From: Podarcis cretensis
Taxonomy: Eukaryota
Direction: 5' to 3'
Assembly: GCA_951804945.1 (NCBI GenBank)
Contig: OX638149.1
Span: 23,622,001-23,686,000, forward strand
DNA: 64,000 nucleotides
Shown here: piece by piece, positions 33,201 through 44,001 of the stretch
Layout of the letters: every line of letters starts with the position of its first letter
Numbering within the stretch: the first letter of the stretch is position 1
The notes under the pieces: generated by a model
What the model was told of the DNA's origin: nothing
What the model saw: only the letters and a program-made list of their open reading frames with translations
Database searches by the model: none
Position numbers and translations under genes: made by a program

Positions 33201-36200
33201 TTGGGAAAGATTGAGGGCACAAGGAAAAGGGGACGACAGAGGATGAGATGGCTGGACAGTGTTCTCGAAGTTACCCACATGAGTCTGACCAAACTGCAGG
33301 AGGCAGTGGAAGACAGGAGTGCCTGGCGTGCTCTAGTCAATGGGGTCACAAAGAGTTGGACACAACTAAACAACAACAACAGAAGCCATTTTGGCATATA
33401 AGCTATATACGTGTGTTTTGTTGTTTGGTTGTTTAGTCGTGTGTATGTGTGTGCTATGTTACTAAGTAGTGTGGAGCCACAGTGAAGTTAAATGCTGTTT
33501 TTCCCCGGAGAGGGCTCACGAATTCACTTTTCCAAAAACAATTAGAGTCTCTGATTTGCTTACAAATTCACTCACGAGCCAACAATAATGTAAATTGTAA
33601 AATTAAGGTGCCCTCCTTCCCTGCTGTGCCTTGTATGCATAAATCCAATCTACAGAATCTCATGTTGGGTTTGCTTACAATGTAAGCTTCCTTGGCCGGG
33701 GGGGGGGAGGCGGGCGGTAAGAACGCCAAAGTTTTGATTAAATGCTTTTGTAACATATTTTCTTTAACACTCAACTTGGCCAGACAGCAGAAGGATTTGC
33801 CAGGAGAAACCTTTTTTCTTTCTTTTTTAACAAAGAAAGCGGTAGTTGTTTTTGCCTTGTGACAGAATTTGAAATGAAATATAAGCCAGTTTATGATTAA
33901 TGGTTTCTTGATAGGACAGCCCAATGGTATTAATAGGGACTTCTTTTTTAGCAAAACACGATTAAGGCTCTTTTTGTGGGAAAATTATTTATAACTTAGT
34001 CGTGCCTTAATAGACCCTTCTCATAATAGGTGCTGGAGAATATAATCAACCAATCCAAACAAACCCTGCCAAACCCTATGGATCCTTCATTATGCAAATC
34101 TATAATTGTGTCTCCCTTCTGGCCTTTGATGCTTTCATGTCATGAGGAGTTACTTTTTTATTTTAATGTGATGCTCCATTAACCATTGGATTTGCAAAAA
34201 TAGTCCTTGGAGTTCTGTCAGGTCCCTGTGGCCTGCTCTTTTGAATGTCTCTGAGACTGGTTGCACGCAAGGCTGTGCAAAAATGCTGCTGCAGTATCTG
34301 TTAAGCTGGGTGAGAGTGTTAAGCAATTGATCTTTGTTTCAGTTTTTAGCCTACCTTATTCTTGATGGCTCAGGGGCTGATGACCTCTACAGATGCTCCA
34401 AATTTTATATTTTCAATCAGTGTTGAGATGATTGAGATGCTGAATTTGGAATGTCTTCAGGAGAGAATATCCTCCAGGTCACACCAGTCTTCTCTCTGCT
34501 GCATTGTCTGGTTGTTTTCTTTGTTCTTTGTTGGGGGTGGGGGGCTGGGAGAAAAATGTAACTGTAATTTTTAAAGACTTTTAAAAATCATGCTTCCCAG
34601 TTAGGCAAGGAATCTCAAAAGATATAAAAGCTCTTAGAGGATTCCTCTTATGTTTGAAGTTGTTGTTTTTTAACAGACTAAAAGACTTCACCTTCCTCAT
34701 CTATTGAGGGTGTAAAGAAATTTGGCCATGGCAAATCAGAAGCCACATTGCAATAAAACGATTATATTTACCCCTTGATTATATAAACATTGCCCTAAAT
34801 TCCAGCTGTGTGACTGCAGTCTGGATTTTTATAGCTGAAGTAGAATAATGTCACGTAAAGCACACACTGCATCCTGCAACCAAATATCAAAGTGCTACAT
34901 GTTTATTCCCCCTTTTTACCTTTTGAAATGCCCTGTTGGAATTGGCACACACAACTTCTTGCTGTAATCAGATAGTGAACTAAATTGGCTGGCTGGTCAA
35001 ATATTCAGTGAAATAACTTTGTCGGTAGCAGCTTTTTTTATACCATTATGATGCCGTTTGTTAACAAGGGCAGGAATGAAGTTTACCTGTGTCCTAGCCC
35101 TGCAACAACTTGGGGCGAATACTGGCAAAACAGTTCCTATGATCCATTTGCTATATACCAGCAGGCATCTTCCAACAGGAACCCAAAGAGTCACCCATGG
35201 TAAAAATTGCTGCCTAGTACTACACATCACTCCATCTTACTGCAGGGATCTACAAGGAATAGATTGAGTAGCTTTTGAAAGAACTGAAAGTATCGTTTGA
35301 ATTAAAATACACCAAGTCCTTCTCCAAGCAAGTCATTAAATTATGGAGAGTCAGGGGAAGCCAAAACACGTATTAGTGCTGATAAAAGTTTTAAACATAC
35401 AACACGATTATCTGCCTGAGCAATGAACCAAAACTTTTGATCAGTCCAATATCCAGGTGCTGTTCTTTACCCATATAGTAGGAGGAGACTACTGTTAATT
35501 TAAGTTTAGAATTCAAAAGCCACAAGAAGAGTGTTGCCCATTAACCTTTGAGGTTGAATAACACATAGCTATGTGTATAATAACTAGTTCCCTGCATCTC
35601 CTATCTTTATCATTCTTTTGTCAGCACCTTGCGTTACCCTACTGTGAATGAGAAATAGGACACTGGGAAGGGTTATGCGGATAAGCACTGAGGATTCTCA
35701 GTGGTGCTACTGCGTTCTGTAAGAAAGTAAAAGGTCTTCAGTCTAAAGGGAGGCAAAGAATCTGAGATTACCCAGTGGCATACTTGAGCATATGCCATGA
35801 CCTTATACCAGAGAAGTAAGTGTTTCATTCTTTTTAAATTTGTTCCTTCCAGAGAAAAGTAAAGCACTGCATTGGGCAGGGGCAAAACTACCCCAATGAT
35901 GATGGAAGAAGACAGCACAGCAATAGGGGAAGGGGAAATTCTCTTCCTAATCTGCCTGTCAGCAGCTGCCATCTGCCAGAAGGGAAGAGCATTATTTATT
36001 TGGACGCTTCTATCCTTCTTAGCACTCTTGGTCAGTTTGAGTTGTACAGGAGCTAGAACTAGGTTTGACTCTGCTTGTAGCAGTGGCTTCAGATGGATGA
36101 GAGGGCTGGGGATAGAAGAATTCTGCATCTCTTACTTTTCACTCTAGCATTCTTTCTTTTTTTAATGGCTGTCAGTGTAGTAGGTAGAAGAAGTTGCAGG

Positions 36201-39200
36201 TTGAGGCCATCTTTACCATTTGTGGAATGAAGGTGGGGAAGGATTGGCGGAGGGTTGAAGAATTTTTTCCTGGGTAGCTAGCTTAGCAGTAATAGTCAGC
36301 ATTTTGGGAATTGTGCCACAAGGAGAGTCATACAGACAAGAGAGAATGTCTGCAGAAGGAAGGATGGAGAACAAAGTAGATCAGGACCTCTTGGGTAATC
36401 TCTGAGTGATTTGATAGATTAGCAAGGATTTCTGACTCTCAGTTATTTAGCAGTTGGGAACAGCAGGCACATTTCCCTCTTTAAATAGCGATGCTGAAAT
36501 GTAGAAAACTAGGGGTAACCAGGAGCAGACTTTTATGTGAAAGGAAGGACTATGAGCTCAGTTCAGTCTCGGTACCGAAAACAAATTCCTATGCTCAGAA
36601 TGTTCTTGGGGGCACTCTGTTCTAACTCTGTGTCTCTTGTACCTGGCTTTGCCTGCTAGATCTTGAGTTTCTGTTAAAAAAGAGAGAGGATATTTTACAG
36701 GCCTAAAGTCTGCCTACCCCTGCTCTAATGCACACTAATAGTATGAATTCAGGGTGGTGGTGCGTATTGAGTTGGGTTGGGGATGGGATTGGAGCTCTCC
36801 TTTCCTCCCCCCAACCATCAGACATGACGAATGCTAGTATAAAAAAAAAGGAGACTGAATTCAAAAGATCTTATTTATACAAGAAAACATATAATGTCCT
36901 GTTGAACAGTGGCCAGATACATTCCCAGACACAGATTTGTTGGCCCAAGCTGCTGAAGGCTTTTTAAATGGATTGTTTTGGCAGGACAAATTATATTAAT
37001 GGAAAAACATAAGAAAGACCAGATGCAGGTTTTTGAATTTCCATAAATGGTTAACAGATTACAGGAGAACACTGTAAATATCTCGTCTACAGAAGCCCAT
37101 GCTGAAAGTTGGCTCTATTCTGTCCTGCATCATATTATATTCAGAAACAGATATTATGGCAAAATTAGCCAGTAGTGGAGAAAAGGTGCTTGGATTTCAC
37201 AGCTAAGGCGAGGATTCAGCCTAGCAATTAATTATAGATGTATAATATCAAACTGAATACTGTATTATATCATTTATAAAAGCAATAATTTATCAAGACA
37301 TCTTTTTCTTTTTTGTGTTTCATTTATATTCATCCTTGCTTCCAAACAGCTTGAGGTACTGGGCATGGTTCTCCCACCTTCTTTTATCGTCGCAGCATCC
37401 CTGTGATGTAGGTTGGGCTGAAAGAGAGTAGGTGGTCCCAGGTCATTCAGTGAGATCTTCATAGCCAAATAGAGATTTAAACTTGAATCTCCGCAGTCCT
37501 AGTCTGATACACTAGTCTGGTTTTACTTTTGTAGTTTTATTTCTATCAAAGAAAAGACAGAGGGGTGATTGAGTACTTCATTTCAATCTGACTATCCTAA
37601 CATTAGCTAAAATTGTCCTTGCCTATTTTTTTATTCTTTAATTGCACATCCGGTGGGTAGTATCCAAGTAACTCATTCCATCAGCACGAGAATTTCCACT
37701 TGTGTAACAGATCTTCCCCTGCATGCTCCCTAAAACTGTTCTGGGGTTTCTCACAACCCTCCAGAGCTGGTTTGGGGAGGATACAGGTTGCATGTGGAGG
37801 TGGGGGAGTTCCATTGCACAAGCAGAAATTGTTGGGGTGAGTTAGTTGGGACACCACTCATTTCGTTTTAAAGCTTCATTCTTACATAGTTGCCCAAAGA
37901 GTTTATTAAATACTGCCAAATGGTGGTTGATCCTTATAATCTTTTATCTTCTCAAATGGTGAATCATGAATCATCGGTGTAAATGTCCACCCGACTTATT
38001 TAAACAAAAATTCAACATGTACTCACAATGACTGTTTGGATTATCAAATCCTAGCTCATTCAACCAGGATATGCAAAATTTCTGTGCATCCACACACAGT
38101 CCCCTTGGATGAGAGGGAAGCTAGGCAGGAAGCTACAGTTCTCTGCAGCTTCTTATGAAGTCTGATATGGGAGCTATGTTAAACCAATTTGCAAAAGTCC
38201 ATTTTAAACCATGGTTTTGTACACTAGCTTGTTTGGACGCCATTAGCCATAGTTCCCAGTTTGGACTTAATGTGAAGCTATTGTTAATTGTGGCTTCCTG
38301 GCTTATTTCCTTGCTTGTATGAATAGAGGAACAAAGGGGCTGTGCGTGGAGCTCAAATATATACTGGTTTATTAAGCCCAGATTTCTCTAACTTAACACT
38401 CTCTGTAAACTGCTTTGAGGGTTGTTGTTTTCTAAAAATCGAACAGTGTATAAATTTTGTGAAATAAATAAAATAAGATTGCATGGAATGTGTCCTTAGC
38501 CATGTGTTTTAGATTTGTCCTGCTGCCCCTGATTTCTTCCACTCAGTGGCTCAGTTCTCATGTTGCATTAAATCACAGTGAGTGTCTAACTGTGGGTTAA
38601 AATGGAGAAGCAACATGCTGATGTTCAGAACTCCTGCTTCGCTTTTCCCCATTCCTGGCCATGCTGCCCTGTGAGCAACAACTCCCAAACCTTGGTTTGT
38701 TGTTAGCATGGCCAAGAGCCAGGGAGCAGCAGAGTAGAAGCTTTTGAGTAGTGTGTACCAACATACTGCTCATTTTGCATTAAGCCATAGTTAAAATCAT
38801 TTGAAGTGACTTGCAAACACAGCCTATATCAGGGTAATGTGACAGGTAAAAAGGTAAAGGTAAAGGTACCCCTGCCCGTACGGGCCAGTCTTGACAGACT
38901 CTGGGGTTGTGCGCCCATCTCACTTAAGAGGCCAGGGGCCAGCGCTGTCCGGAGACACTTCCGGGTCACGTGGCCAGCGTGACATCGCTGCTCTGGCGAG
39001 CCAGAGTCGCACACGGAAACGCCGTTTACCTTCCCGCTGGTAAGCGGTCCCTATTTATCTACTTGCACCCGGAGGTGCTTTCGAACTGCTAGGTTGGCAG
39101 GCGCTGGGACCGAGCAGCGGGAGCGCACCCCGCCGCAGGGATTCGAACCGCCGACCTTTCGATCGGCAAGCCCTAGGCGCTGAGGCTTTAACCCACAGCG

Positions 39201-42200
39201 CCACCTGCGTCCCTGTGACAGGTATTTTAACGCAAATTGTAAAGTAAAGCTTTTTCCACATGTATCGCTCTTCTCTGAAACAACTCTTGCGTAGTGTTTG
39301 CTCTGTGCCAATTTATAATCCTTTTCATTGGGTAGAAATTTGGACAGATTGCTTCAAACTGTAAAAAGCAAAAAGGCATCATTATAATCCTTGCCTTGCT
39401 TTTATTGTATCAGCAAAAGCTAGGGAACATGATCCATTGTAAAATCTCAGTTTTTGCCATTTTAGGATGGAAAAATAGGATAGAGTTTTGACCCATGATT
39501 TTTCAGCAGAATGGATAAAAGGGAAGCTAAACTCATATTTGCACAGTACATATTTTTGAGAAACTCTTCCGCTAGGACCCCAATGACTACATCAGTTTTG
39601 TTTATAAAATTATTATAGCAAAGGTTTTTTCTCCCGTAGGTGAACTCAAACAAGAAATGTTAGAAGATGCACAGAATAAGCTAATGAACCTCATAAACAG
39701 CACAGAAGGAAAAGTTGACAAGTGAGTGATTTTTAAGTGTTTTTAATTTGAAAGTTAAGTTATTTGGAGAAGTACAAGCTTGGCACAGTAAAATAATGGC
39801 TGTGGCGGCATCTGATATCGTTTAAAACAGGCTGGGTGGTTATTCAATTAAGTTTTACTTAGACTCACTGAAATTAATGAACATGGCTAAGCTCAGTTCA
39901 TTAAGTTCAGTGGCTCTAATGTGAGTAAAAGTTAGTCTAATGTTACCCACTTTTTATTAAGGCTGTGACATTCTATTGACTTATTACTGAATAATTATTC
40001 AGTAATAAAAGATCATTCAGATTATTTTTAAAAAGGTCCTCAATTGGCAAGGAGCTGTATCAGTGCTTCTGAAGCCGGGAGAGACCATGAACCAGAAACT
40101 CAAAAAGTTTGCTTTTTGTTGCCTCTCACACATTGCCTCAGTGGCCATTGGAGTCGGGTCTGCTCTGCTCCACCCAGTGGCGTAGCGTGGGGGGTGCAGG
40201 GGGGGGCCGGCCGCACCGGGCGCAACATCTGGGGGTTAGGGGGCACAAATCCACGGGTTAGGGGGCGCAAATCCACGGGTTAGGGGGCGCAAATTACTTG
40301 CCTTGCCCCGGGTGCTGACAACCCACGCTACGCCACTGGCTCCACCTCCCTTCCTCCTTCCTTCGTCAGTCCCATATTCCTGCCTGCCTCCCTCTGCTCA
40401 CTGCTTTCCCTTCTGCCTCCTCCTTCCTTCCCTCCCTCCCTCCCTCCCTCCCTCCCTCCCTCCCTCCCTCCCTTTTTCATTCTCCTGCAACTCTCCCTGG
40501 CTCTCCATCTTTCTTCCCTCTGAGCCCTGCTGAACACTCCACTCACACTTCTAAAAGCAACACCTGGCTAATTGGGGAGGGGGTCCCTGCAGGGCTGTTG
40601 CGGCGTCCCATGTCAGTGACCAGATTCCTCCACCGGGGCACCCAGAGGAGTCTGTATGCCTTGTTCAGCCACCCAGAGCAGCAGATGGTTGACTTGGGAA
40701 AGCACAGATGGTGGGTGGGCACCTAGCCACTCGGAACCAGAGTTGAGAGACGTGAGTTTTGCACACACACACCCCTGGCCTGCCCCCTTGGTGGGGGCCA
40801 ACCTAACCAACCCTAAGTACACCCCTGAGAATAAAGAGAGATATTCAGTTCAGCCTCATGCCATATGGTCAGCATAGGACTATATATTAGTTTTCACCCC
40901 CTTTCCAAAATAAAGGTTTTAATCTAGGTTTCTGGTTGATGTTTACTACAGTCACACAAGGATTCCCTGCCACCGCAGTTTGTGAAAACTGTTTCTACGG
41001 AACTATATCCCATAAGGTTCCTGACCTGTAAATTCCCTTGGGATTTAGCTCCTAGCACAAGATGGCCTCATTTCAACTTTAGCTGTTGATTAATGAATTA
41101 AATACCTGGGTAGTGCTTACCTTTTCCTCACATGCATGCTTAACTTGACTTACCTTTTCGCACAGGTGTTTAACTTGCCTGTCCACTTCATGCCTTTACC
41201 TTTTCCTTTGTCACTGGGGCTGAGATGGTTCTTCAACTGGGCTCCCCTTTGTACAGATGAATCATCAGGATTATAGTGTGCCATAAGCAAAGCTTTGGAG
41301 TGCAAAAGGTCCTCCACCCTCACTTTTCTCTGTTACTAGCAATGTCAAAGGCTGTTTTGACTGCTTTTGTGTCCCCTTTGGCAGAGTCTTGATGAGGAAT
41401 CTCTTCGTTGGACATTTTCACACCCCAAAGAATAAACGTCATGAAGTGCTAAGGCTGATGGGAAGTATCCTGGGAATAAAAAAGGAAGAATTAGAACAGG
41501 TAGTTCTGATATGTCTCATTTCTATTTTCCTCCTCTCCTGCAATATCAATACACCAGCACGCTTTCTTCTTTTGCTGGGCTAGGCACAAGGGACAGCCAG
41601 TCATCTACCATTCTGGAATGGAACAAGCTGTATATTTTCTAAACATGTTACGATGTTTACCATTATTTTAATAATGTAAAATCCATGCAAACACGTAAAT
41701 GTTCACCAAAGGACTACATCTATTGATGTTGATGGAGTGGCTTAAATTCTTACATCCGTATCCAGATTGTCTGTTTGAAACTAGCTTTCTTGGTGTACAT
41801 AGTTTTGGTTCTGGGTGAAATTTTTACACAAGTAAATTTTATAAACAAACTTTGGTTGGTTTGTTCTTTAATAAAATTGAAGTAAAGCTTCTAGAATCAT
41901 AGAATCATAGAGTTGGAAGAGACCACAAGGGCCATCGAGTCAACCCCCTGCCAAGCAGGAAACCATCAGAACACTCCTGACATATGGTTGTCAAGCCTCT
42001 GCTTAAAGACCTCCAAAGAAGGAGACTCTGTTTGATACTAAGTGTTAGAAGTAGGTGTGGATTCTAACCTTTTCTTTTTGTTTTAATTTGCTCTCTAGTT
42101 GCTGTCAGAAGATCAAAAAGGTGTTACTCGATGGGTGACTGGGTGGTTTGGTGGAGGAGGCGCTGGATCAAAGAGTGTCCCCAACACACCTCTGAGACCA

Positions 42201-43970
42201 ACCCATCACTCCATTTTCAACAGTGTAAGTATTTTCCATTGTCTGCTTTTGTATAGAAAATGCAGGACTTCCATATTATAACTGCTGTCAACCTAGGCCA
42301 TTGTTACACTTGCAGAATTATTGAAGGTGTTTGCATTTTAAAACCAGTGTCAAATAACTCAATTGTGTTAAAATTAGAACCCTATTGATACTAGGATAGT
42401 TGTGCACTATCTTGAACAGATGAGTCAGGTATATATCATTTATTTCCAGAAATGTTGTTTGTATTGGGTTAATTTGTCTCCACCTGTTCAGTCTTTCTCA
42501 GAGCTATTTGTGAAGTTCCTTGAAACTGAATCCCGTCCAACTCTTCCCCCACCAAAACTCTCTGTTCATGACATGAAACCTTTAGCATCAACAGGAATCA
42601 GCAAAGCCACTGTTAGTCCTTCTAGCAACATTGCAGGTAGTGTATTTTCATATTCCTAATACACAAAATGTTACGTTGAATCTGAGTGATGACTTGTTGA
42701 TTGTTGTCTTTCCAAGTTTATGTTTATTTGGATGCACAGTGTAAGGAGGATGACAAATAAAATTAGAAGAATTTTCTCCTTGCCAAGGTTCCAGCTGGGG
42801 ACAGCAAAGCGATAACCATTGTGTGAACTGAAAGCCACTGTTCTACCATTTTATTTTATTTTTACTGCAAGGCCATGAATTTTAACCTGGATTTCCAGGT
42901 TGCAATGTAGCAACAAATAAATACTGTATGATGCTGATGGATGAGTTAAATAGGCCTTGCAGAATATGGTTTTTGATATAACTTTGAAACTAAACTTTAG
43001 TCGTTGTGAATGTTTGGTTTCAGATTGTTGCAGTAAAGCTGGAGAATTTCCAGTCTGAAAGCTTATCTTTGAAAGTTTACATTTTAAAATAAATTTATGT
43101 TTTATATGCCTTTTGTCCTCGTTGCTTGAAGGTGCCATATTTGGTTTGGCAGTCACCCAGTTTTCTTGTCTGGACGAAATGTTCACAGGGACTTTGTCCA
43201 CACAGGAACAGGATTATTGTCCTATAGAACCAGACATCCATTCTATATCCCTGAATTGTTTGGGTTTTAAAGATTTCTTTTATATATTAAGAATAGGTTA
43301 TCAGACATAAATACATTCTTTCAAGGTTTGACTCAGTGAGCAAAAGATTTATCTGTGACCTTGACATTAACTCCTGACAGACTTTTTTCTTCTTCTTCTT
43401 TTAGAAGAAAAACTACATTTCTGTTCACAGGCTTGTAGTTAAAGCTTTACAAGGTCTCATTCATACAAAATGGTGTTGCAACTGCATTGTGAATTCTCCT
43501 CGTGGAAATCTTTGTGTGTGCAGAATCTTGCCACATTGATCTGATTATTCACTATACAACTGATAATTTATTTATCTTTTGGTGGGGGTTGCTTTTCCAG
43601 AGACCATTACACTTACTATTTGCGTGATTTTCACGAGGGTGTGTCTGCAGTATTCAAAGTGCAAAGGAAAGATGATAGCCTTTGGCTGTAACTAATAGCT
43701 TGTTGGGTGGCAGCAGTAATCGGCTCCCCTTGGGGAAAGAAGTGGTCCTCCTGGCTTTGAAAGAGGCTCTGGTGAGAGGGCCCTGGAAAGAGGGAAGGGG
43801 AAGACAACTCATTAGGTTTTCTCAGATCTACTTTTGGGGTTGGAACACTGCCTTGGTCACCCAGGTGGATGATCTGCACCTGGAGATGAATGGGGGTATG
43901 GTCTCATGTTAGGGTGTTTTTTAAGAATGACACTTTTTAGGCCATGACTTTCCTGTAAAAATGATTTTTT

Positions 43971-44001
<31 letters not shown>

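Noticed and set aside
35872-36147. 91-aa hydrophobic intronic ORF
   Set aside because: No recognisable homology, promoter or splice context; compatible with chance.
40233-40293. Short direct repeats as a CRISPR-like array
   Set aside because: Eukaryotic locus; the repeats are tandem with no unique spacers and lie inside a hAT MITE.
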